From the NCBI RefSeq assembly GCF_000148385.1, contig NC_014537.1:1530001-1562000 (forward strand): a stretch of DNA of 32,000 nt, written 5' to 3'. This stretch comes from Vulcanisaeta distributa DSM 14429. Its GTDB lineage: Archaea > Thermoproteota > Thermoprotei > Thermoproteales > Thermocladiaceae. The notes beneath the pieces are model-generated. The model made no database searches and was not told the origin of the DNA. It saw only the letters and a list, made by a program, of their open reading frames with translations. This document shows, one piece after another, positions 9,173-18,515 of the stretch (positions are counted from its first letter, which is position 1; each line of letters begins with the position of its first letter). Made by a program: the position numbers and the translations under genes.

Positions 9173-9421
9173 TCATCTCTTTGGTTTCCTGAGCGGTCTT
9201 CTCTTAATATCGTCAGGGCTTGGTTTATTGCTTTCCATCTCAAGTTTAACGAGCAGGTTCTCGATGTCCCTATTTATCATTAGTATACCCAGGATGTTAA
9301 GTAGGAACCCTATTATGAATAGTGATGATGAGAGTAATATATTACTGAGGATTGCGGATAAGGCGAACCCAATGATCATGAATACCAACCCAATTATTGC
9401 AACCATAAGGCTTGTCCTCAT
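9173..9421 (-). CDS. Small membrane protein (2 TM segments, basic C-terminal tail)
   Basis: An 82-aa ORF with two hydrophobic helices. It is co-oriented with the flanking rnhB and ParA-like genes. Confidence 0.5.
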   Translation of the reverse strand: MRTSLMVAIIGLVFMIIGFALSAILSNILLSSSLFIIGFLLNILGILMINRDIENLLVKLEMESNKPSPDDIKRRPLRKPKR

Positions 9422-9468
9422 CGGTAATAGTAATAACTCCTTAGGTATTTATACTTAATGAGTTACGG

Positions 9469-10125
9469 TCATGATAAGTACCTATCCAGACTGTTACTGA
9501 GTAACTTCCTCACCGTGGACCAACTCCTCCTAACAATAGGCGGTAAATCACCATGTCTCTTTACCCAATCCCTAAGAAATGCCATGGTCCTTGGATCACT
9601 TGGATAGCCACTACCGAAATCTCCATACTCTCTATGTAATTCCTCAATTATCGAATCCCTAATCACCTTAGCTACTATGCTTGCGGCAGACACCACAGGT
9701 ATTAATTTATCAGCGTTGTTCATAGCCACAACCTCGACATTACCCACAACACCCCTCTTAACCATGTCCCTATATCTCTCGGGTCTTGGATCTGGCGAAT
9801 CAATATACACTACCTGGGGTGATACACTATTCAATGCCCTGTTAATTAACTTAATGGCTATCTCAACCTCAAGTATGTTCAGGGCATTCATATATACGTA
9901 ATTATCAATGACCCTGGGTTCTACGATCTCATAGTCAATGTAGTTTAGTGTTGATTTAAGAATTGAAAATAGACGAGCCCTACCGGCCGGACTTAACTCC
10001 TTAGAATCCCTAATACCCATTGCCTTTAACCTATTCATATCGTTTGTAACGGCTATTGCCATGACCATGGGCCCGATGACAGGTCCTCTACCAGCCTCAT
10101 CAATTCCTCCCACGAGCACTTGCAT
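9469..10125 (-). CDS. rnhB: Ribonuclease HII
   Basis: It has the signature GIDEAGRGPVIGPMV, then DSKELS, and ADKLIPVVSAASIVAKVIRD. The 218-aa length fits. Confidence 0.93.
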   Translation of the reverse strand: MQVLVGGIDEAGRGPVIGPMVMAIAVTNDMNRLKAMGIRDSKELSPAGRARLFSILKSTLNYIDYEIVEPRVIDNYVYMNALNILEVEIAIKLINRALNSVSPQVVYIDSPDPRPERYRDMVKRGVVGNVEVVAMNNADKLIPVVSAASIVAKVIRDSIIEELHREYGDFGSGYPSDPRTMAFLRDWVKRHGDLPPIVRRSWSTVRKLLSNSLDRYLS

Positions 10126-11023
10126 TAAGAGCCTCTCTAATCACCTTCTTAAATTCCTCACATTTAATGGGCTTATTTCCATAGATTGCCGCCTCGTAAT
10201 AATCAATTAACTTATCAATAATGTCATTATTGACCCTGGGATCTCCCGCTAAGTAATTACGAATGTCCCTATGGGTTAATGATGGGTCCCTAATACCAAG
10301 CCTTCTTATGAGCCCTGCAAATAATTCATTAATGCATTCCTTATCGTTATATACCTGATACTTAAGTACTGATGGTGATATCATTAATAATGTAATTAGG
10401 GCTATGGTCGTGATCAATGAGGAATCAATTATTGCATAAACAATTGAACGATTTCCGCGCATCTTCATACTCATAATACCAGTCTTATTGGATGGTGAAT
10501 TACCTAATTGCGTACCATGAATTACCAACGCGCTATTATTTATTGCGGCGTTAATTGAGAATTCTCTCTCCAGTTGGCCTATGTGGTATGTTCGTTGTCC
10601 AATCATCTCATAATCCGAGGGATAGGTGGTAATGTTAATGCCTAATTGGGCAATGGCCTTATTATTGGTAACGCCTAGGCTCACTGATGCGTTTATTGGT
10701 ATTGTCTCGGCAATGTCTATCGTGCCATTGGCATATATAATGCCGTTAATTAGGAGGTAATTACCACCTATTAATCCAATACCTGTGAAGGTTGCGTATT
10801 CCTGGTTCAGTGGTTCCTCTGGTGATATTAATATGACTATGCCGTTGCTTGTGTATGTACCGTTAATTACCGACACACTTATTACCGGCCAATTAATTAC
10901 ATTGTAAAAACCCACATATGTATTCCCAAGTACATTAATTGATGAAAATAGAGCAGGTAATAAGATGAGCATAAGAAATACTGCCTTAAGTACCAATGAT
11001 TTATTAATTGGCATTATTAACAA
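10100..11023 (-). CDS. Membrane protein with an extracytoplasmic N-domain and a DUF4129-like C-terminal cytoplasmic domain. The probable start is the ATG at 11014.
   Basis: It has an N-terminal signal/TM, a second TM (ITTIALITLLMISPSVL), and a tail with the DUF4129-like pattern (SLTHRDIRNYL...LIDYYEAAIYGNKPI). It overlaps rnhB by 26 nt and lies divergent to the MoxR cluster. Confidence 0.6.
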   Translation of the reverse strand: MLIMPINKSLVLKAVFLMLILLPALFSSINVLGNTYVGFYNVINWPVISVSVINGTYTSNGIVILISPEEPLNQEYATFTGIGLIGGNYLLINGIIYANGTIDIAETIPINASVSLGVTNNKAIAQLGINITTYPSDYEMIGQRTYHIGQLEREFSINAAINNSALVIHGTQLGNSPSNKTGIMSMKMRGNRSIVYAIIDSSLITTIALITLLMISPSVLKYQVYNDKECINELFAGLIRRLGIRDPSLTHRDIRNYLAGDPRVNNDIIDKLIDYYEAAIYGNKPIKCEEFKKVIREALNASARGRN

Positions 11024-12273
11024 TTAATGATATGAATTTATTAATAATGCTTTTGCTACTTGAGGCGCTGCAGGGAAATTCATCGATGCCCATCAATGCA
11101 TCAATGATTTATATCGGCAGTGCATTCTCAATCACGGTATACCAATTATCATTTAAAAACGTCACAGGCTACCTAATGACTCCTCAGGGTATTTACGAGG
11201 GCACCTTCGTGGGACTACTTAAGGTGGGTAATCTAACGTACATAGGTACATACCACGGCTTAATAAGTCACTCATTATTCATAGGGTATTTCACGCCCAT
11301 AATTGCCTATGAGTCCGTGTCAATACCCACGGTATTAATGCCGGGTAATTACACGGGTTTTGAGGCCATTGCGCAGTCTAAGGTGCCTGTCTACTTAAGG
11401 TACCTGGTCTTTAATGAGTATAGCAATGGGACCTTGGTGAATACGCTATCTTTAATCAGCGTCAATACTACGAAACCACCATTAACCATATGGTTCAATA
11501 ATGGCTATGATTGTGTTGAGTATTCCATAAACATAACATTCAATGAGCCCATGAAGATAATACCAATACCAGTCATTGTTAATACGCAGCCGCCAATATC
11601 GTACTTCGTGAGTAACGTATCAATAATAGGCGTATACCCACAAACGGAATTAACGTTACTTGAGCCAGGTGACGTCGTTGTTGCTGAATCACCAATTAGT
11701 GAGGCGAATTATACCATGTATGTTTGCAGGAAGATTATGAGCACTAGTAATTCCAACTTCCTGTATGTAATTGAGTATCTAGGTCCTACCGGTATTTCAT
11801 TATCGAATTCCATCATCACGAGAATATTCGGCATTGAAAGACCGAACAATTTAATCTCAGTGGTCAATAGGGTATTCTATGTGCTAACTAGTGGTAGGTA
11901 CGTGGTCATTACGTATTCCGTGGGTCCAAATAATCTACTTAATACCGGTAAAGGCTCAATAATTGACTTTACCGCACTTGCGATGGCAGTATTAAGAAGT
12001 TACGGCATACCAACTCGAGTGGTTCTTGGTTTTTACGGCGTCAGTATTGGTAATAATACCTACGTCTTTAGCCCAGAAACAAATATTCTATGGGATGAGT
12101 CATTCGTTAACGGCTGGGTTATGTTTACCCCATACCCAATCCCCAGTAAGTCAACACTGGGTGTAAATCTGGCGGATATAGCATCATCAGTAATAGTCGG
12201 TCTAGCACTTGTTTTACCCTGGATAATTGGCTACCTAATATACGTGTTAATAAGCCATGTTAGGGCGCGCTGA
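11008..12273 (+). CDS. Transglutaminase-like (TGase-core fold) membrane-anchored protein whose catalytic triad appears substituted. The probable start is the ATG at 11032.
   Basis: DFTALAMAVLRSYGIPTRVVLGFYG...NILWDESFVNGWVMFTP matches the TGase-core pattern (C.xFa...lR..GIPaR.v.Gy...H.W.E....GW..fDPt). However, it has Ser/Ile, Leu and Thr where Cys, His and Asp are expected. It also has an N-terminal signal and a C-terminal TM segment. Confidence 0.6.
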   Translation: MALLTINDMNLLIMLLLLEALQGNSSMPINASMIYIGSAFSITVYQLSFKNVTGYLMTPQGIYEGTFVGLLKVGNLTYIGTYHGLISHSLFIGYFTPIIAYESVSIPTVLMPGNYTGFEAIAQSKVPVYLRYLVFNEYSNGTLVNTLSLISVNTTKPPLTIWFNNGYDCVEYSINITFNEPMKIIPIPVIVNTQPPISYFVSNVSIIGVYPQTELTLLEPGDVVVAESPISEANYTMYVCRKIMSTSNSNFLYVIEYLGPTGISLSNSIITRIFGIERPNNLISVVNRVFYVLTSGRYVVITYSVGPNNLLNTGKGSIIDFTALAMAVLRSYGIPTRVVLGFYGVSIGNNTYVFSPETNILWDESFVNGWVMFTPYPIPSKSTLGVNLADIASSVIVGLALVLPWIIGYLIYVLISHVRAR

Positions 12274-12317
12274 GTTTAAAATATATGCGTGTTTTCATTG
12301 ATTTTAGGTAAATAATA

Positions 12318-13262
12318 ATGGACACGGTAAATGCCAAGCAGATTGTGGATAAACTATTGAGGGAGGTCTCTAAGTCCGTGATCGGCTATGAACATGAGGT
12401 TAAACTACTCTTCGCATGCCTAATAGCGGGTGGCCATGCATTGATTGAGGGTTACCCAGGTTTGGCTAAAACCACGTTGGTTAAGGCATTCGCGAAGGCC
12501 CTCGGTCTCTCCTTTAGCCGTATACAATTCACACCTGACCTATTGCCTAGTGACATAACGGGCTCCCTCATCTTCAACCCAAAGATTGGGGACTTTGAGG
12601 TTAGGTTTGGCCCAATCTTTGCTAATATAGTCCTTGCTGATGAGGTTAATAGGGCTCCTCCTAAGGTTCAGTCTGCTTTGCTTGAGGCTATGCAGGAGGG
12701 TCAAGTGACAATTGGTGGTAAGTCCTATGAGTTGCCGAAGCCCTTTATGATAATAGCCACGCAGAATCCCATAGAGCTCGAGGGAACATACCCACTACCA
12801 GAGGCACAACTAGACAGATTCATGATAAGAATAAGACTAGGATACCCAAGTGAGGATATTGAGATGAAGATTGCTGAGAATATAGATCTCGGTAATGTGG
12901 GTTCAATTAATACTGTGGTAAATAAGGAGGAGGTTGAGGCGCTTCAGTCTCTTATGCGGTCGGTATATATTGACCAATCAATAATTAGGTATATCGTGAA
13001 TCTGATAAGGGCTACGAGAAACGCCCGCGATGTTAAGTTAGGCGCAAGCCCAAGGGCTGCGCAGGTACTTAGTAAGTTGGTTAGGGCCTGGGCTTTGTTG
13101 GATGGTAGGGACTACGTAATACCCGATGACGTGAAGGTTCTGGCGCCTTACGTCTTAAACCATAGGGTTATAACACTTGGCGCTGATAGTACTGTACTAA
13201 TTAGGCAGTTACTTCAGCAGGTACCGACGCCACTCATGGAGAGGGTGCTTCGTAGGCCATGA
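12318..13262 (+). CDS. MoxR-family AAA+ ATPase
   Basis: It has Walker A GYPGLAKTT, Walker B LADEVNRAPPKVQSALLEAMQE, then ATQNPIELEGTYPLPEAQLDRF and a GASPRA lid. This is the classic MoxR layout in 314 aa. Confidence 0.92.
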   Translation: MDTVNAKQIVDKLLREVSKSVIGYEHEVKLLFACLIAGGHALIEGYPGLAKTTLVKAFAKALGLSFSRIQFTPDLLPSDITGSLIFNPKIGDFEVRFGPIFANIVLADEVNRAPPKVQSALLEAMQEGQVTIGGKSYELPKPFMIIATQNPIELEGTYPLPEAQLDRFMIRIRLGYPSEDIEMKIAENIDLGNVGSINTVVNKEEVEALQSLMRSVYIDQSIIRYIVNLIRATRNARDVKLGASPRAAQVLSKLVRAWALLDGRDYVIPDDVKVLAPYVLNHRVITLGADSTVLIRQLLQQVPTPLMERVLRRP

Positions 13263-14356
13263 TACGCGTAATACCGAGTAATAAGTTATTGATTATATAC
13301 CTCGTTCTCTCCGGCATTATCTACATTGGATTGCTGGCTAATAACCTGTTCGGTACGTACTTCGGGTTAATACTCTTCATAGTGTTTACGTCATACGTAT
13401 TGTCGTGGTACCTATTAGCGATGCTTGCGGCATTGTATTCGCGGCTAATCTTCGAACAAAATAGTATAGAACTTACGGTAGGCTCTTCGACTATCATCAA
13501 TGCAAAGGTTTTATCGAGAATACCAATACGATGGGGAGCAAGGCTTAACTTAATTCATTCGCCCCACGTTCAATCTAACGTATTAAATGTTAAGATTAAT
13601 GGTGAATTCACGGTTAAATTAATGGGTAGGTGGATTGGAAGCGCCAGGGTTATTGGTGGGGTGATGGAATTAGAAGATTCACTGGGGCTTTTATCAATTC
13701 AGAGATTACTTCTTTGCGATTGTGCTGAAATTATTGTAAGGCCAAGGCAGTTAATTAGTGCTACTGATAGGATGGGTGTTGGTGGTTATACAGGGCATGG
13801 CTTGTCAATGGAGGGTAGACTGGGTGATTTTAGGTCGTTATTGATTTACGACTACGAAAGGCCTGCCTCATCAATACACTGGTTAACGAGCGCTAGGGTT
13901 AGTGAGTTAATGATGGTTAATAGGAGTGAGTATGGTTCATGCCCCATATTCATAATTAATGTCTCATCAAGGGTATTAATACCGCAGGATGGTGATAGAC
14001 CCATTGATGAGGCCCTACAGATTATAAGTGATTCATCTAATTACTGCGGTGAGGTTAAGGTAGTACTTATACGTAGGGGTTATGTTGAGGAGAGAGTTGT
14101 AAGTAGGGGCGTTATTCCTTACCTGGAGCGTGAAATAAGAATTAGGGTAATTAAGAGTTTTAGTGAGAGTGATATGTTTGTTGATTTGCCAGATTATTTT
14201 CGTAAGTATTTAGATAAGGACGAATTACTTAACATAGCCTATATCAGGACTTCCATAGATGATGAGCCATTAATTGACGAATTAAGTAAAGTAGTTAATG
14301 CCATAGGTAGTAGGAGTAGAATTGTTTTGCTAAATTTTAAGACAGTCGATGGTTGA
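13259..14356 (+). CDS. DUF58-family protein (the usual MoxR partner)
   Basis: It overlaps moxR by 4 nt (ATGA). It has two N-terminal TM helices, then GRLGDFRSLLIYDYERPASSIHWLTSAR, which matches the DUF58 core (G.g.eF...R.Y..GD....I.W..sAR). Confidence 0.75.
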   Translation: MIRVIPSNKLLIIYLVLSGIIYIGLLANNLFGTYFGLILFIVFTSYVLSWYLLAMLAALYSRLIFEQNSIELTVGSSTIINAKVLSRIPIRWGARLNLIHSPHVQSNVLNVKINGEFTVKLMGRWIGSARVIGGVMELEDSLGLLSIQRLLLCDCAEIIVRPRQLISATDRMGVGGYTGHGLSMEGRLGDFRSLLIYDYERPASSIHWLTSARVSELMMVNRSEYGSCPIFIINVSSRVLIPQDGDRPIDEALQIISDSSNYCGEVKVVLIRRGYVEERVVSRGVIPYLEREIRIRVIKSFSESDMFVDLPDYFRKYLDKDELLNIAYIRTSIDDEPLIDELSKVVNAIGSRSRIVLLNFKTVDG

Positions 14357-14895
14357 TAAGTATGGCGAGATTAAGTGACTATGTTTCATACATGCTGATT
14401 AGTGTCATATGGCTAATACTGGAATTAGTACTAACGCGTTATCCTCAATGCTCTAATACGGCGCTTCTAGGAATAATAATTAATGTCATCTCCATGATAG
14501 TGGTATCATATAAGTACATATACAGTAGGTACCTGTTCATACTTAACATGGCATTATTAACGATCATGGGCTTTCTAGTACCACCAGGCATAATAATGCC
14601 GTATATAATCACACTAATAATAAGTATTGTGTTATACCTATTACTAATTGGTATGCTTGAGCCTTACTCCCTAATTCTATCCCTACTTATAATATATCTA
14701 TCGTATATAATAGAGAAAATGCTCATGAAAGTATCGGCATTTTATGCGCTTGAAACATTAGTTAAGGAGGTTGGTGTTAATGTGAGTTTGTTCATGACCT
14801 TATTTACTTGGTACCTTTCATTATTTATAATCTCAATAATCATAGCATTATTAATAATACTTTTGAGCAAGAAAGTACTAACTCCTAGTTCCTAG
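14353..14895 (+). CDS. Polytopic membrane protein, the last gene of the MoxR cluster. The likely start is the ATG at 14362.
   Basis: A very hydrophobic 180-aa ORF with about 5 TM segments. It overlaps or abuts the DUF58 stop codon. No family was recognised. Confidence 0.55.
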   Translation: MISMARLSDYVSYMLISVIWLILELVLTRYPQCSNTALLGIIINVISMIVVSYKYIYSRYLFILNMALLTIMGFLVPPGIIMPYIITLIISIVLYLLLIGMLEPYSLILSLLIIYLSYIIEKMLMKVSAFYALETLVKEVGVNVSLFMTLFTWYLSLFIISIIIALLIILLSKKVLTPSS

Positions 14896-14930
14896 TAATA
14901 CTTATTAACATAATAATTTTATGAATTTAT

Positions 14931-16094
14931 ATGCCTGATCCCTTCCTAACGGATGAGCATCAGCTCATTAGGAACAGTGTTAAGGAGTTTGCGGAGAGGT
15001 ACATAGTGCCTATAGCTAGGAAGATGGATCTTGAGGATTACTACCCTAGGGATTTGATAAGGGAGCTTGGTAAGCAGGGCTTCCTAACTCCATCAGCACC
15101 GCCCGAGTATGGCGGACCTGGCATTGATCTTAGGGGTAGTGTTGTGGTTGTTGAGGAGTTAAGCCGGTACAGCCCAACCCTGGGCTTCATTACGGAAATA
15201 GTGAATGATAATATAGTGTATGCCCTGCTTAAGTACGGTAGTAATAAACAAAAGGAGGAAATATTACCAAAAATCGCCAGTGGTGAGTGGGTTGCATCGT
15301 ATGCCCTAACAGAGCCATGTTGTGGCACCGACGCTGCCGCCATAGAAACAAGGGCTGAGCGGAGGGGTGGTGAGTGGGTCATAAACGGTAGGAAGATTTG
15401 GATTACGCAGGGGGCCTACGCAGACATCTACCTGCTCTTCGCGAGGACAGGACCTAAGGAGGCTAGGCATAGGGCAATAACCGCATTCCTAGTAAGGAGG
15501 GGCGATTGTGTTGAGGTTAGTAAGTTGGAGATGATGGGTATGAGGGGTGCCGGCGAGGCCGAGGTTAAATTTAATGATTGTGTTGTTGGTGATGACGATG
15601 TATTAGGGAAGATTAACGAGGGATTTAAAATAGCCATGGTCACACTTGACCTAGCCAGGATCGGCATATCGGGTGTAGCCGTCGGGCTTTCTCAGGGAGT
15701 TCTCGATGAAGCTCTTGAATGGGCTAAGACGAGAACCGCCTTTGGTAAGCCACTAATTGATTGGGAGTGGATTCAGTTCCAGTTAGCAGATATGAAGGCG
15801 AAGCTTGAGATTGGCAGGACAGTGACCTACAAGGCTGCTTGGCTTTATGATAATAAGGATCCATCATTCATACTCTACGCCTCAATAGCCAAGCTATACA
15901 CGGCTCAAATGGCCGTTGAGATAGCGAGGGATGGCGTTCAAATACTCGGTGGTTTTGGCTACTCTAAGGAGAGTTTCTCTGAGAGGGCCTACAGGGATGC
16001 CAAGGTGCTTGAGATCGCCGAGGGTACCAACGAGGCGCAGAGAATAGTAATTCATAGAATATTGGCAAGGGGATTACCGGAGGTAGAACTATGA
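14931..16094 (+). CDS. Acyl-CoA dehydrogenase (paralog 1)
   Basis: It has LTEPCCGTDAAAIETRA (the ACAD motif TEP.aGSD) and the C-terminal catalytic-base region EIAEGTNEAQR. The 387-aa length fits. Confidence 0.9.
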   Translation: MPDPFLTDEHQLIRNSVKEFAERYIVPIARKMDLEDYYPRDLIRELGKQGFLTPSAPPEYGGPGIDLRGSVVVVEELSRYSPTLGFITEIVNDNIVYALLKYGSNKQKEEILPKIASGEWVASYALTEPCCGTDAAAIETRAERRGGEWVINGRKIWITQGAYADIYLLFARTGPKEARHRAITAFLVRRGDCVEVSKLEMMGMRGAGEAEVKFNDCVVGDDDVLGKINEGFKIAMVTLDLARIGISGVAVGLSQGVLDEALEWAKTRTAFGKPLIDWEWIQFQLADMKAKLEIGRTVTYKAAWLYDNKDPSFILYASIAKLYTAQMAVEIARDGVQILGGFGYSKESFSERAYRDAKVLEIAEGTNEAQRIVIHRILARGLPEVEL

Positions 16095-17251
16095 TACCGA
16101 TAAGACACCCATCATTAACAAAGGACCATGAGAAGTTCATTGAGTTAGTTGATGAGTTGAGTAGAAGGTTTATAGAACCTGTGGCCGATAAAATCGATAG
16201 GGAGAATTACTACCCGCGTGAGGTAATTAGGGAGTTGGGCAAGAATGGCGTATTAGCTCCAATATTACCGAGGGAATATGGTGGTTATGGGATGGACGTT
16301 TTAGGTACGGCGCTGTCCATTGAGATTATATCGAGGTATAGTGGGTCTATGGGAATACTAACTGAGGTACAGGGATTCCTGGTAACCGACGCATTCTATA
16401 CGTATGGCAATAAACAAATGAAGGAGGAGTTAGTTCCTAAGCTGGCTAGGGGTGAGTTAATAGGTTCGTTTGCATTAAGTGAGCCTTGCTGCGGCAGTGA
16501 TGCCGCTGCCATTGAGACTAGAGCCGAGAGGAGGGGTGGTGAGTGGGTAATCAATGGGAAGAAGATGTGGATTACCCAGGGGCTCTATGCTGACGTGTAC
16601 TTAGTGTTCACGAGAACGGGACCCAAGGAGGCTAGGCATAGGGCAATAACCGCATTCCTCGTGAGGAGGAATAAGTGCATTGAGGCTAACCCAATACACG
16701 TCATGGGTATAAGAGGGACGGGCACCTCCGAATTGACATTTAATGATTGTGTTGTTGGTGACGATGATGTTGTTGGCAAGATTAATGAGGGGTTCAAAAT
16801 AGCCATGGAAGCGTTGAATCAGGGTAGGATTGCCGTGGCCTCCGTGACTTTAGGCCTCGCGGAAGCTGCCCTCATGGAAGCACTTGAATGGGTTAGGAAT
16901 AGGAGGGCCTTTGATCAGCCAATGACTAATTTGGAATGGATTCAATTCCAGTTGGCAGACATGATGGCATACATAGAGACAATGAGATCCATAGTATACG
17001 ATGCAGCATTACACTTTGATCGTAAGTATGAGGACTATTACGCATTTGCATCAATAGCTAAATTAACGTCAGTGCTCCTAGGCATGGATGTGATCAGGAG
17101 GGCTGTTCAATTAACGGGGGCTTATGGCGTGTGGAGCAATAGTAAGTTGAATAGAATTTACAGGGATGCCAAGCTTATGGAGATTGGTGAGGGGACCAAC
17201 GAGGTTCAGAGAATGGTTATTTATAAGTGGTTAAGTAAATACCTAGGCTAA
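16091..17251 (+). CDS. Acyl-CoA dehydrogenase (paralog 2, translationally coupled)
   Basis: It overlaps paralog 1 by 4 nt (ATGA). It has LSEPCCGSDAAAIETRA and EIGEGTNEVQR in 386 aa. Confidence 0.9.
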   Translation: MIPIRHPSLTKDHEKFIELVDELSRRFIEPVADKIDRENYYPREVIRELGKNGVLAPILPREYGGYGMDVLGTALSIEIISRYSGSMGILTEVQGFLVTDAFYTYGNKQMKEELVPKLARGELIGSFALSEPCCGSDAAAIETRAERRGGEWVINGKKMWITQGLYADVYLVFTRTGPKEARHRAITAFLVRRNKCIEANPIHVMGIRGTGTSELTFNDCVVGDDDVVGKINEGFKIAMEALNQGRIAVASVTLGLAEAALMEALEWVRNRRAFDQPMTNLEWIQFQLADMMAYIETMRSIVYDAALHFDRKYEDYYAFASIAKLTSVLLGMDVIRRAVQLTGAYGVWSNSKLNRIYRDAKLMEIGEGTNEVQRMVIYKWLSKYLG

Positions 17252-17920
17252 TCAACAACCTGCGTATTCCATGGCCATCCTCAAAATCATCACCAAGTCC
17301 TCAATCCTCAACCTACCGGTATTAGTATTTCTTGGGCTTGGGTGGTAACTCATGAATATCCTAACGCCATTAAAATCAATATAACCACCATGCTTAAACT
17401 CAGCCTTAATACCCAGGGCTAGTTTAATGCCAAGAAACGCTATGTGGCCCAGGGCCACGATTGCCCTTGGCCTGACATGCTCAAGCTCATACCTAAACCA
17501 ATTGCTTACGCAGGTATGGATCTCCTCATTATTGGGCCTATTATTTGGCGGTGCGCACTTAACGACCGACGTTATGTACACGCACTTAATCGTAACACCA
17601 TCATTCCTAGAAATACTATAGGGCTTACTAGACAGGCCTGCCTCGTACAAAGCCCTAAACAGGAATTGGGCGCTACTATCGCCAGTGAACATACGCCCAG
17701 TCCTATTACCACCATGAGCGGCTGGTGCTAACCCCACAATCATTATCCTGGCATTACCTAGGTCACCCCATGGTGGCACTGGCCTCCTCCAGTAATCATC
17801 ATTCATAAACCTTGGCAACGGCTTAACGCTCTCCCTATAACTCACTAGTCTTGGGCATGCCCTGCACTGTACTAATCTACCTATGAAGTCGTTATACCAA
17901 CTCACAGCGTTAATGCGCAT
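17252..17920 (-). CDS. Uracil-DNA glycosylase, family 5 (UDGb-type, Fe-S cluster)
   Basis: It has GLAPAAHGGNRTGRMFTGD, the family-5 motif in which Ala replaces the family-4 catalytic Glu. It also has CRACPRL and later Cys residues (VKCAPP, HTC) for a 4Fe-4S cluster, and HPSPRN near the C-terminus. Confidence 0.82.
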   Translation of the reverse strand: MRINAVSWYNDFIGRLVQCRACPRLVSYRESVKPLPRFMNDDYWRRPVPPWGDLGNARIMIVGLAPAAHGGNRTGRMFTGDSSAQFLFRALYEAGLSSKPYSISRNDGVTIKCVYITSVVKCAPPNNRPNNEEIHTCVSNWFRYELEHVRPRAIVALGHIAFLGIKLALGIKAEFKHGGYIDFNGVRIFMSYHPSPRNTNTGRLRIEDLVMILRMAMEYAGC

Positions 17921-17959
17921 TAAGCCTTAAAATTAAGCCATTACCTTAAGTGTAGAGGA

Positions 17960-18406
17960 ATGGATCAATTAACTAGGGACATAGTCAGGGGAGTATTGTC
18001 GTACATTTATGGACCTGACATACTAAAGAAGTTGAGTGGTGAATTTAGAATTGAGGTCAGCAGGACGGGTGGTTTAAGGAGAATTTACCTGGGCGATAAG
18101 CTCGTCTTCACGATTAGGGCTAGTGATGGTCGTCCATTACCGACATTAGAGGGTGCGCGGTTGATTGATAAGGTGGTTATCGTGAGTAGGGAGGCAGCGC
18201 CATTCGTGAGGCAGGGCAGGAGTGTCATGGCTAAATTCGTCGTCGACATTAGGAATGCCGTTCCTGGCGATGAGGTGGCTGTATACTCGGAGGATGGTGA
18301 GTTCCTCGGTGTTGGTAGGCTAATGCTTTCTAAGGATGAGGTGTTAAGTGTTGGCAGGGGTGTGGTGGTTAAGTTGCGTCATCATGTAGGGACTTCTGAG
18401 GATTAA
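17960..18406 (+). CDS. PUA-domain RNA-binding protein (Nip7/Tma20-like architecture)
   Basis: A 148-aa protein. Its C-terminal half (GRSVMAKFVVDIRNAVPGDEVAVYSEDGEFLGVGRLMLS) matches the PUA pattern. Confidence 0.65.
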   Translation: MDQLTRDIVRGVLSYIYGPDILKKLSGEFRIEVSRTGGLRRIYLGDKLVFTIRASDGRPLPTLEGARLIDKVVIVSREAAPFVRQGRSVMAKFVVDIRNAVPGDEVAVYSEDGEFLGVGRLMLSKDEVLSVGRGVVVKLRHHVGTSED

Positions 18407-18515
18407 ACAACCAATAATGCTTATATTTTGCCAAATTCTTTAGGGGTACGGTGGTTATTATCTGGCGAATGAGTTCACAGTAACGCCCTGGGAGGTTAAG
18501 GGTAAGGTAGACTAC

